From Elusimicrobiota bacterium (GTDB lineage Bacteria; Elusimicrobiota; Elusimicrobia; F11), in assembly GCA_044221725.1 (NCBI GenBank), contig JBGAON010000004.1:256001-320000 (forward strand): a DNA stretch of 64,000 nucleotides. The letters run 5' to 3'. The stretch's first letter is position 1. The number at the start of each line of letters is the position of its first letter. A program made the position numbers and the translations under genes. The notes under the pieces are model-generated. The model did no database searches. It was not told the origin of the DNA and saw only the letters and a program-made list of their open reading frames with translations. Shown here piece after piece: positions 31,201 through 39,935 of this stretch.

Positions 31201-34200
31201 CAACGTTTACATCGCTTCGCCGATTTGTAATTCGTGTCGGAAGAGTCTCGTGAAGTGGGAAATCGTAATCGTACTCTCGATTATGAACTTTTATTCTCGC
31301 TTGGCCGTTCTCGACGCCGATTTGGAATCGTCCAGTTCCCATTTCCAAATAGACCGGTTCATTTTTGAGCTCGAGCGTAAAGCTGCCGGACCGCGTAATG
31401 GGCAAAAACGTAAGCAATTTTCCGGGGTGGTGCTCTTGCCAGCGACCAACCCGGACCACGCCAGCGCCCGGGAGTCGGAAAATGTGGAATTTTTCATTGA
31501 GGGAATAAGAACGATTAACAAACCGATTCACAACAAAATGAACAATCATTGGGGTGATAATTTTGTTCGTTGCGTCCACCCAAACGTTCGTTATCGGAAG
31601 GTAATTTGTCACCAGTCCAACCGTCGCGATAATCGCAGCCGGTCTTGAACTAATCTTCGTGTGCAGAGCCTGCTGCAGGTGTGCGCCGAGGAAAAACGTC
31701 CATCGCATGAGGCCAATCCAGCGGAGAACGTCGGGCCGCAATTCAACGGGGCCGAGATAACTGTTCGCAAGAAAAAATACAACGGACGCGAATGATATCG
31801 CGAGCATCAGGAACGGAATGTCATCGGCGTACCATGCGTGATGGCGCGCGTAAGCTTCATCAGACATTTCCGGGTAGAAGAAGTTTTTGAAGCTCAGCAA
31901 TACCCCACCTTGAACACCAGTGGAAATCAATTCCTGCTTCGGACGTTTCGGTTTGGCAAGATAGTCGGAAAGCTCTTTGATTATTCGATCACGGTCTTCT
32001 GTTTTAAGCGTGGGCTCATCGCGCTCTTCTCTCAGCGTGCGTTTTTTGGCCGATGTTTCTCCTGCCATTTTTTTATGCGCATGGTCATACGCGACGACTT
32101 TTTGCAAGTAAGAAAAATTTGCTTTCAGTACGGCACGGCTGACGAGCTCATCGTACAGTTCAAAAATGAATTGGTTCGACGCGCCTTCGTAACCAAAGTT
32201 GCCATAAAACGCGATAACGCGGAGAAGTGATTTCTGAAGATCGACCACGTTTTTGCCGATGTCGACCATTACCGCACGAAGGCCCCCTGCGTCGTTCACG
32301 ACAAAGTTGCCCGCATGCATATCTTGGGGCATTGCGTTCATTTCCCATGCAATAGTAAGCAACGAACGCACGATTCCAGCTCGATCTTCTTGCGTCAGCA
32401 ATCCTTGATCTTTTAATTCACGGGCCGTCGGACCTTTCACAAATTCTTCGAGGAAATAATGGATCGGTCCTTCAGAATCTTCTTCCTTTATCTCGAAGCC
32501 AAATACCGGTGTGTGATCCGTCTCTTGTGAAAGGATCTTTAGCCACTCAATCTCGTGTTGCGAAATATCGCCTTCGGTTTTGGGTCGTTTCAGCGCGACG
32601 AGGACTTCGAACGGTTTGTGATTGTTTTTCTTTTCGAATTCCATTCGAAAAACCATCTTGTGATACCCTTCTGCCTGATAACCTACTTTCACAACACCGG
32701 TGAAATCATCGGCAATAAATTCAACCGGCTGACGGGTTTTTGCATGCCATCCATTCGCATCCAACTTGTTCACAAACTCAAGAATTTCGTTGGTGCTTCG
32801 CTTTGCGAAATCACGTTCGAGGGCGCGCGCAAATCGTTCAACAAAATGTTCACGTTCCCGAAACTCGGCCGACGTTTCGTGGGGAAATTTTTTTCGGTCG
32901 ACAACTTCGATGGTTGTGAAGATCGACGCCAGCGGTAGTTTGTTGATGAGACGTTTCGCCCACGAATAATGTCTGGCCGCAAAAAAATTCACAAAAAGAA
33001 CGAACGCGTTATACGCGGAATGGGAGTGAAATGCGATTGATTCGGGATCGGACAATCCAAGAAGATGGGGGAGACAGAACAAAGCGCCAAGAAAAGAACG
33101 TTGAACGAGATCGGACGCCCGGTTCGGCTGCTCAGCGCGCAGAATCCACGCGACGATCGTGTGCGCAAACGCAAAACCGACGGTGGCAATGAAAAGCCCG
33201 ATCCCGATGGCAAGTGCTGGATCAAAACCGACCGTTGATAAAAATACTGGCAACTTTGTGAGCGTTAGTTGATGAAACACACGCGTTTCCCACCAGGCCG
33301 ATCCGAACACGGTAAGCACGGCGTACGCGCCGGGCATTTTTCTGAAAACCGGATCGAAAATGGATGCCATTCCGATGGGACGGAAAGATGCTCGCTCTTG
33401 AATTGGAAATGTCGATTGGAATATTTTCTCGAGATATTTCTGAAATGGCGAAGGACGGTGCCGAGCATCTTGCATGAAACGATCGAATGCCCGAACATGC
33501 ACGAGCTCCCGGCGATCTCGCGCATCGTCCAAATGGCCCAGCCAATCCGGATAAAGTTCAGTTAATTCATTGAGGATTTGAGCGGCTGATTTTCGTTCCT
33601 GTACACGCGCTCGTAGGGCTTGGAGAAACCATGGTTCGTTGATGAGAGAGAGGAGTTCCGAATCAGTCTCGGATGAGAACCTTGTTCCAAATTCAACATC
33701 CGAAGGCGTGGTTCGCAAAGTTCTTATCAGTTGCAAAACCATTGAACGTCGCAGCTCCAGATTCAAAGCATCTGTAATTCTCGCGTGCAAAAGAGACGAT
33801 GTGAGTTCTTTCATCTCCGCTGGGAATTGTTTTTCGAAAATAGAAATAAAGGAATTCAAATTTTCTACAAACGATTCTTGTTTGATATCGGACATCAAGT
33901 AAGCATCCACGTCCGTCTCGAATCCCCCCAGCTTGCCGGTCGTGACCCACTGCGGATTTGCTGCAAACCCATATTGCTGATAAGTCTCAGCGAGGAGTTT
34001 CCGTTCATCCGCGGTCGATAAATTTTTTCCGTTCCGTGCCGCCAAAAATTGCGCCCACACTATCCTTTCGATGAGACGCCCGAATTGCCCGGTCGGATTT
34101 GGGCCGTTCGGCGACAATTCTTGAATCAACGGCTCGTAGTACGTTTCCAATAGCATGTCGCGCGTAGATGAAAAGAAACCTTCGCCCGCGGAGCGAACGC

Positions 34201-37200
34201 GGTCAGCGGTTTGAATTTGAAATGACGGGGACAACAGCGTGCGTTCCACCGGAATCCGTTCCAGTAAGTCGGTGGAAGAACCCTCTGAGAATCCGCCGAT
34301 TTCGGAAAATACGCGAGACCGTACGATCATGCGTGCCGCGCATTGCGCGGCCGGCGCTTTGCTCAACGGTCCACTCCAGAGGTGCCCCAACGCATTCCCA
34401 AGCTGGAATCGATACGTGCGTTTAAAATCTTCCTCGGAACCACCGCCTCCAAAAAACATTTTCATGTCCGGCACGACGGCGTCAATGTTCGCGCGGCGCT
34501 GGTCTTCAATGAGTTCGGCGATGGAATTGCTGGTAACGGTCGTATCGGCTTCCATAAACCACACGAAACCGTTCGTTTGGATTGTATCGAAACGAGCGGT
34601 CGCGACATTCCCGACGGTGTTGAACAAAATGTCCGGCCGATTGTTAAGCCCGGCTGTGTTGTCCAAGGCATGAACCACAAGGCCGCTTTGCACAATTTTT
34701 TCGACGAGCCCACGATACTGCTCCGGTACAAACGACGGAATCCATCCGGCGGGTTTGTTTCGCAACCGTAAAAATGCGACGAGTTTTAATGTTAGTTGGT
34801 TATCGATAAATCCTTCGCCTCGGTTCGAGGCCAGTTCCGAGGAGTTGTTTACGTTGAGGATAATTTCAAATGAGTTTGAACTCACCGCGTTTTGATTGGC
34901 GAAGCTGGCCAACATCCGGAAAATATTTCCATTGGAGAATTCGCGGTACACGGGGACAGCCACGCTAATTTTTAGTTGTGGGCTTGGTTTCGAAATGAGT
35001 GTCGGTTTGTTCCTGGTCGCTCGGTTTAGCGCGATGGCCAAATCCCGAATCTTCGATCGTGGAATGATCAATGTGCGGGCTTCCTTCACTGGCACGAACT
35101 TTCGGAATGCCAAAGACAAAGAAGCGATATCGATAACGCGTTCGTACAAAAGAAGCCCCGGGTTTGGAGCTGGTTCAAAGTCCACCCCGACGGATTCTTG
35201 AATTTTCTTCCCCAGGGATGTGGACCACAAATGCGAATGAAGGACGAACGATTCGAATGGGACAGAAGGATCCCCAAAATCGATCCGATCGGCGAGTTCG
35301 TTCACATCCTGCGCAATCTGCTGAAGGAGCGCGCCGGTCGAAAGCTTTCGCTGAGATGCGAACGTATTGTTGAAATGCAGCGCTGCGGTGTTTTTTTGAT
35401 CGGACCAAACCGTCGGATAAAGCTTTGTGACCCGGCCGACGGCGACGCCGTAAAAGCGAAGATGCAACAAGCAGCCGGCGTACAGAATGCTCGCTATGGC
35501 GAGCAGCATTTTCCCGAGCACGGAGGCAGAAAAGATCGTGCCGATGACCGTGAGGGTCGTCGGAAGCGAAAGAGAAATCATGGCCTGCAGCGGTGTCTTT
35601 GGCATCACGAAATGTCGGACCATTGTCCCGGCAAAAACGAGGCGCGACACGCCACGCAATCTCGGGAAGACGTTTCGAATTGAGAAGCGCAGTGCGGTTT
35701 CTCGATTGTCGATATTGATTCGTGGCGCCAAGAACAGCTTCTCACCGGAAAACAATTTCTCGAGCGGCGTTTTTTCGCGTGCAAAAACAGATAAGTACGC
35801 GCTGCCATCAACACCGTCGATCTTTGAAATTCTCGGTGTTGCCACGATGAACGGCGTTTTTCGCTCCCGTAACATCGCGGTAATGGCCGGAGTATGGAAG
35901 CCGCCAACGATCAGGACGATCGTCCCTGCGGCTGTGTCCTTCGTGCTTCGATCGAAAAGATTCAGAACCATCTTTTCGCTACGAACATCCGCCTGCCGAT
36001 AAAACTCTTCAAACGCGGTTAAATCAATGCCTTCACGACGCACGTCGTGCGACATACGTCGTACCAGTTGATATCTCTCCCATTCTTTCGGTGTGAGCGC
36101 GAATTCTGTTAGTTTGCGCGTGAGCGCCAGGTGTTCGCTCTCCGCGAGAATTTTTTTCTGCTCGGGCGTGGTGGCCAGCGCCGATTGAATTTCGTTTTCG
36201 CGCTTCTCGATCTCTTCGAACAATGCGTTCGGTCGAATGTCGTTCGCGACAATCACGTAACGCAGATAACGTTTGAAGGCCGGAGCCGAATTCAGCGCGA
36301 CACCTTTGCTCGCGAACGTGTCGCGGAGAATTTCGTAGTAGCGACCCAGCGTCATTTCGCCTCGACGGTAGGCCAGACTCTGCGCCACCAAATCCGCGGA
36401 TTCGGCCGGAGTCAATTTTTGGCCGAGCGCCCGCACCACCGCACGGCGTTCACTTTCGACCTTTTCAAAATCCAATTCTTGTTCGGTGTTGTACGCTTCA
36501 AGGAACCGAGAAAGATTTGGGAAGCGCGCGTCATTTTCTCTTAACAACGCCTGCGCATAACGGCCCAGCCCCACGGTCCCATTCTCGTAAGCGCTCTTAA
36601 GGGCATCGAACGTTTTCAACTCGGCGGTAAAAGCCCGGTTTTTTTCCGTGTTGAGAGCCGCTCGACGGGCTGTCATTTCGTTCGTGACGTTTTTTTCTTT
36701 CAGGCGCGAAGCGAGATAGGCGTCGACGTTCGCTTGATAGTGAGCCGCGTCGTCAATGCCGGTGAAGAGGGGGAGCTTAGCGGCGCTCGTGAGACCGGCG
36801 TAGGACGGTGCCGCGAGCTCATTTTTCATCAGCGCATCTTCGGCGGCCTCGTGTAAGACTTTTCGATCGATTCCGGATCGGAAGGGTTCAAAGGTGAACG
36901 GTGCAAACGCGCCTTCGACGCCCACGAGCTGAACCGGATTTTTTTCAATAAGTCGTTGAAGGGTGCTCCCGATATTTGATTGCGCCTCGGTGTTCATGTG
37001 CACGTCCTGAAGCACGATCACGGGCACCGGGCGCTTTTCGGCGGACCTCTCGGGAGAAAATACGTCCGCTATCTGTATATTTTCGCGCGGCAGTATTTCG
37101 AGCAAGCGTCTTAGGTCCGCTGGCAACGTCTCAAAGTGTTTTTCGATCACGGGCGTTCGGTTCGGAGGGACAATGCTGCTTTTAACTGCCAGCAGCTGTT

Positions 37201-37372
37201 GTTCAAACGCGGAAAAGGTAGGCGCGGCCACCAATTGCGCGGAGGCCGGCGTTCGCGCTTGGCGCCGTTCTTTCCAAATGCTCATTTCGGGTTGATTTGC
37301 CAACGCGATTTGCGTGGTGAAATAAACCAGAGAAAGCGTCAACGCGAGGGATTTTTTCACAGCGGTTTTCAT
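28223..37372 (-). CDS. Giant 3049-aa multidomain membrane protein (signal peptide, ChaN/TraB-like N-domain, GT-A-like x2, kinase-like, CPBP-like TM modules)
   Basis: Uninterrupted 9.15-kb ORF with motifs QDVH/VEG/GGFH, VPVYRE..EAD, K..E..DMHAGN..VDIG, VVDDS..NRN..IDDD. Confidence 0.85.
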   Translation of the reverse strand: MKTAVKKSLALTLSLVYFTTQIALANQPEMSIWKERRQARTPASAQLVAAPTFSAFEQQLLAVKSSIVPPNRTPVIEKHFETLPADLRRLLEILPRENIQIADVFSPERSAEKRPVPVIVLQDVHMNTEAQSNIGSTLQRLIEKNPVQLVGVEGAFAPFTFEPFRSGIDRKVLHEAAEDALMKNELAAPSYAGLTSAAKLPLFTGIDDAAHYQANVDAYLASRLKEKNVTNEMTARRAALNTEKNRAFTAELKTFDALKSAYENGTVGLGRYAQALLRENDARFPNLSRFLEAYNTEQELDFEKVESERRAVVRALGQKLTPAESADLVAQSLAYRRGEMTLGRYYEILRDTFASKGVALNSAPAFKRYLRYVIVANDIRPNALFEEIEKRENEIQSALATTPEQKKILAESEHLALTRKLTEFALTPKEWERYQLVRRMSHDVRREGIDLTAFEEFYRQADVRSEKMVLNLFDRSTKDTAAGTIVLIVGGFHTPAITAMLRERKTPFIVATPRISKIDGVDGSAYLSVFAREKTPLEKLFSGEKLFLAPRINIDNRETALRFSIRNVFPRLRGVSRLVFAGTMVRHFVMPKTPLQAMISLSLPTTLTVIGTIFSASVLGKMLLAIASILYAGCLLHLRFYGVAVGRVTKLYPTVWSDQKNTAALHFNNTFASQRKLSTGALLQQIAQDVNELADRIDFGDPSVPFESFVLHSHLWSTSLGKKIQESVGVDFEPAPNPGLLLYERVIDIASLSLAFRKFVPVKEARTLIIPRSKIRDLAIALNRATRNKPTLISKPSPQLKISVAVPVYREFSNGNIFRMLASFANQNAVSSNSFEIILNVNNSSELASNRGEGFIDNQLTLKLVAFLRLRNKPAGWIPSFVPEQYRGLVEKIVQSGLVVHALDNTAGLNNRPDILFNTVGNVATARFDTIQTNGFVWFMEADTTVTSNSIAELIEDQRRANIDAVVPDMKMFFGGGGSEEDFKRTYRFQLGNALGHLWSGPLSKAPAAQCAARMIVRSRVFSEIGGFSEGSSTDLLERIPVERTLLSPSFQIQTADRVRSAGEGFFSSTRDMLLETYYEPLIQELSPNGPNPTGQFGRLIERIVWAQFLAARNGKNLSTADERKLLAETYQQYGFAANPQWVTTGKLGGFETDVDAYLMSDIKQESFVENLNSFISIFEKQFPAEMKELTSSLLHARITDALNLELRRSMVLQLIRTLRTTPSDVEFGTRFSSETDSELLSLINEPWFLQALRARVQERKSAAQILNELTELYPDWLGHLDDARDRRELVHVRAFDRFMQDARHRPSPFQKYLEKIFQSTFPIQERASFRPIGMASIFDPVFRKMPGAYAVLTVFGSAWWETRVFHQLTLTKLPVFLSTVGFDPALAIGIGLFIATVGFAFAHTIVAWILRAEQPNRASDLVQRSFLGALFCLPHLLGLSDPESIAFHSHSAYNAFVLFVNFFAARHYSWAKRLINKLPLASIFTTIEVVDRKKFPHETSAEFREREHFVERFARALERDFAKRSTNEILEFVNKLDANGWHAKTRQPVEFIADDFTGVVKVGYQAEGYHKMVFRMEFEKKNNHKPFEVLVALKRPKTEGDISQHEIEWLKILSQETDHTPVFGFEIKEEDSEGPIHYFLEEFVKGPTARELKDQGLLTQEDRAGIVRSLLTIAWEMNAMPQDMHAGNFVVNDAGGLRAVMVDIGKNVVDLQKSLLRVIAFYGNFGYEGASNQFIFELYDELVSRAVLKANFSYLQKVVAYDHAHKKMAGETSAKKRTLREERDEPTLKTEDRDRIIKELSDYLAKPKRPKQELISTGVQGGVLLSFKNFFYPEMSDEAYARHHAWYADDIPFLMLAISFASVVFFLANSYLGPVELRPDVLRWIGLMRWTFFLGAHLQQALHTKISSRPAAIIATVGLVTNYLPITNVWVDATNKIITPMIVHFVVNRFVNRSYSLNEKFHIFRLPGAGVVRVGRWQEHHPGKLLTFLPITRSGSFTLELKNEPVYLEMGTGRFQIGVENGQARIKVHNREYDYDFPLHETLPTRITNRRSDVNVEIQAAPAEPSKFAVTLRISALAKAHLIDAQFKSKITLIVPDSYSDLLKEAHDAGMPRYTPPLPVPLTKNLFADLLVFGFLSPLLEASLLFEIVFPRLGLIESMALFYILHLVVNSVFIKNSQQQFQNAAWLLMPTLVIGFLASNAWGLPAHEKYELVVFFHVVHNFIKWITDWHWMSYASVLHPVFRANANVLTIGGAGPIVRTPEPGSVAFTGSDKKPRLTLTPEQQLDQRMSAANTIKRFLNQLPAGLIKEILTRTFTSTEFAQFVMQGYIGSVNVPLDNNDPVAMRDAVNRELETFSNMLHAETGIPVPFFLSTPLEHSRLIISNPISSMANNLSFSEPEWIEAFHGLMQDPTRRYESIYANEIKRVAILTRNRADAVGAVEAYAKNFVLFGHGVELTVVDDSTDDDARATREIHFRQLAKEFAPQGVRIIYFGPVQREKDLSELKQRLLSTPTGQRLEHEGGLDRAVDLALGLSSGNGSNRNIALYKRIPVQIDDDVLPFYRAKLASGIEKQFDVDMLQVLKRIRSTPGRLGAMFRLSGHQDASQIGKFMVAALKSRPRIRKYDPFNDIYELSDKMASGAVLIDHWDLPYPPTDRNYLRSEYQIWTLVYSWMKRLPLERNIVTVPPSIHHERILSNELSALATAAVLEAVGNVAFRGSFGFLSLAHLNSQRPLLEQMAERIRLFTDVRWTLTSDSPFGEILWEAYSDLSSLITEVPKPETFQEKDPEKANQLETARAALTHALEMLDYKPLKNKEEQDFALLEQVMKRELNAYATTFLVWQAINEAGLNQQEFPTPPQPPSPTTPATTPATKSQTLVDLVPAERIFDDSALLNRIERLPDAENIIPMLDDKSDVATQANDWLAQFKKLPANKSIVFSVESETSKQQLSKWLREHSRPNVRVQVRGATAAQFVQNVATATNGVLTRSRFVLTTNIATLPANFFDLSNADPKLRDAILVNLIAKELGKVVELDADHLRNFDRIRATLIGA

Positions 37373-37448
37373 TGCCTCTTCATTGTAAGAACCACGGATT
37401 AAAATCGCCTTAAAAGCCGGTAAATTTTTGGTAACGAAATTGGGCTAT

Positions 37449-37477
37449 TTGACAATCCTCTAAGGCTTATCTATACG
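37449..37477 (+). promoter_or_regulatory. Possible sigma70 promoter for the phosphomutase gene
   Basis: TTGACA-N17-TATACG, 8 nt before the ATG. Confidence 0.45.
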
Positions 37478-37485
37478 GCAGATCT

Positions 37486-38958
37486 ATGGCTATTAAGTTC
37501 GGAACATCCGGTTGGCGGGGAATTATCGCCGAAGAATTCACTCTTCCGTCGCTGCGCATTTGTACGCAAGCGATTGCGGAACAGATTTTCAAAGAAAAAA
37601 ATCACATCAAACCCGTGATTGTTGGTTACGACACGCGGTTCATGTCCGAAAAGTACGCCTCCGAAGTGGCCAGTATCCTCGCGAACAATGGAATCGAAGT
37701 TAAATTTTCGAACCGCGATGTGCCAACACCGGTCGTGGCGTTCGAAATTTTGCATTCGGAGGCGGGCGCCGGTTTGAACATCACGGCGAGCCACAACCCG
37801 TACACTTACAACGGGTTGAAATACTCGTCCTCATGGGGCGGGCCGGCTCTTCCGGAGACCACGCACGCGATTGAAGCGCTCTGCACAATTATTAAAGAGA
37901 GCGAAGTTGCCACTTCTTCCAAATCCGACGATCCGCGCCTCACGAACAAACTGATTCGCCCAGAAGATTTTCGTCCCGCCTATGTCGAGCACGTAAAAAA
38001 GCTTATTGATGCGGAACCGTTCAAGCAGAAGAAATTAAAGATTGTCGTCGACGTCTTTCACGGCACCGGCCGCGGCTATGTCGCGGAGATTCTCAAGGAC
38101 CTCGGTTGCGAGGTGACGGTGTTGCACGAATCGAGAGACGTTTATTTCGAAGGCAAAGGTCCGGATCCGTCGACGGAAGGCTTGAGCGAATTGATCGCGG
38201 CGGTCAAAAAGCAAAAAGCCCATTTGGGGCTCGCGACGGACGGCGACGCCGACCGGTTTGGTGTTGTGGACGCCGACGGAACGGTTTATTCGGCGAACGA
38301 TATTCTCGCGCTTTTAGCCAAATATCTTCATACGTCGCGCGGTTGGCAGGGCGTGATTGCGAAAAGTGTGATGACGACCCATGCGATCAATGCGGTCGCG
38401 CGCAAATACGCGTTGACCGTCAAAGACACACCGGTTGGTTTTAAGCACATCGGTGAAGTCATGAAAGAGTCAGAATCGATTTGGCCGCAGCCGGACGGAG
38501 AATTCGTAATGGGCGCCGAAGAGTCTGGTGGTTTTACCATGCGTGGCCACGTGCCGGAGAAAGACGGAATTCTGGCCTGTTTGCTGGTGGCCGAGATGAC
38601 CGCAACGAGCGGCGCAACAATCAAAGAGCAACTTAAGGATTTGCACAATGATGTCGGTGTGTTTTTGTCCCGCCGCATTAATATTGAGGCAACGCCGGAC
38701 ATCGTGCAGGCGCTCAAGGAACAGTTTGCAACCAAACCACCGGTTCAAATTGATGGTTTGCACGTTCAACGTATTGTTGATTTGGACGGCTTCAAGTTCG
38801 TTTTCCATGGCGGCAGCTGGTTGGGCGTTCGGTTCTCGGGCACCGAACCCATCGTGCGGTTGTACCTCGAGGGAAATTCCGAGGAACAGCTGAAGATCCT
38901 CCAAAAAGCCGGCGAAAGCCTTATCCATCCAAAGCGCAAACTCGCTCTCCAACACTAG
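37486..38958 (+). CDS. Phosphoglucomutase/phosphomannomutase family protein
   Basis: FGTSGWRG, TASHNP, DGDADR, EESGG, RFSGTEP. Confidence 0.96.
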   Translation: MAIKFGTSGWRGIIAEEFTLPSLRICTQAIAEQIFKEKNHIKPVIVGYDTRFMSEKYASEVASILANNGIEVKFSNRDVPTPVVAFEILHSEAGAGLNITASHNPYTYNGLKYSSSWGGPALPETTHAIEALCTIIKESEVATSSKSDDPRLTNKLIRPEDFRPAYVEHVKKLIDAEPFKQKKLKIVVDVFHGTGRGYVAEILKDLGCEVTVLHESRDVYFEGKGPDPSTEGLSELIAAVKKQKAHLGLATDGDADRFGVVDADGTVYSANDILALLAKYLHTSRGWQGVIAKSVMTTHAINAVARKYALTVKDTPVGFKHIGEVMKESESIWPQPDGEFVMGAEESGGFTMRGHVPEKDGILACLLVAEMTATSGATIKEQLKDLHNDVGVFLSRRINIEATPDIVQALKEQFATKPPVQIDGLHVQRIVDLDGFKFVFHGGSWLGVRFSGTEPIVRLYLEGNSEEQLKILQKAGESLIHPKRKLALQH

Positions 38959-39042
38959 TTTTCCGAGGAAAAGCGTTAAAAATTGCTTTTAGCGCTCTTT
39001 TATTTAATCTGATAGACTCCGGCCCTCCCGTAGGAGAACCTT

Positions 39043-39870
39043 ATGTCAACCGCCCTTATCAAACCGAAAACCGGAGGATTACCGTCGAAGATGTTTAGTG
39101 TGCGTCAGAAAGGCAAAGGGAAAATGCCGTGGGTCGTTGGTCATCGCGGCGCGATGGGCCATGCTCCAGAAAATACCATGACCTCCTTCGAACAAGCGAT
39201 TGCTCTTGGCGCTGACATGCTGGAATTCGACGTGCGCCTGACGAAAGATGGCGTGCCGGTCGTGGTCCACGACGCAAATCTCGATCGCACCTCGAACAAA
39301 TCCCTGAATTTAACCGACCTTACTGCCGAAGATCTGATGGAATTGGACGCCGGCTCGTGGTTTGATCTTCGTTTTGCGGGCGAGCGGATCCCGAAGCTTT
39401 CGACGTTGCTTAAGTGGGCCCACAACAAGAAAAACAAAGCGGGCGACTTGATTTCATTTTTTGTCGAACTGAAAGTGGATGGCGACGAGCGCCGTCGCGA
39501 AATGTTGATTCAGGCCGTTATGAAGGAACTTAAAGACGCAAAAGTAACAAACCGTTCGGTTCTCATTTCTTTCGACGAACCTATCCTCGCGTTGTGCAAC
39601 CGTTTGGCGCCAACAATGAGCACGGGTTTCTTGTACTCGGATCTTCTCTACGACGCGCTGGATCGTGCGAAAAGTTTGAAAGTAAATCACTTGCTGCCGC
39701 GTAAAGACCGGGTCACCGGTGATTTGGTGCAAGAAGCGCACGATGCTGGCATGGCCGTTATGGCTTGGACCGCTGATCGTTTGGACGAGTTCCGCAAACT
39801 CGTCGTCTGGCAAGTGGACGCCATCGCCACAAATTACCCGGATAGATTAATCGAGTTTTACCAGCGATGA
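39043..39870 (+). CDS. Glycerophosphodiester phosphodiesterase
   Basis: GHRG, PENT, EFDV..TKDG..VVHD, TNYP. Confidence 0.95.
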   Translation: MSTALIKPKTGGLPSKMFSVRQKGKGKMPWVVGHRGAMGHAPENTMTSFEQAIALGADMLEFDVRLTKDGVPVVVHDANLDRTSNKSLNLTDLTAEDLMELDAGSWFDLRFAGERIPKLSTLLKWAHNKKNKAGDLISFFVELKVDGDERRREMLIQAVMKELKDAKVTNRSVLISFDEPILALCNRLAPTMSTGFLYSDLLYDALDRAKSLKVNHLLPRKDRVTGDLVQEAHDAGMAVMAWTADRLDEFRKLVVWQVDAIATNYPDRLIEFYQR

Positions 39871-39935
39871 TTCCGTCATCCCGGCAAGCCTCTGGCCGTA
39901 CCGTTCCACAATAATATTAGTGTCGGTACGTACCC

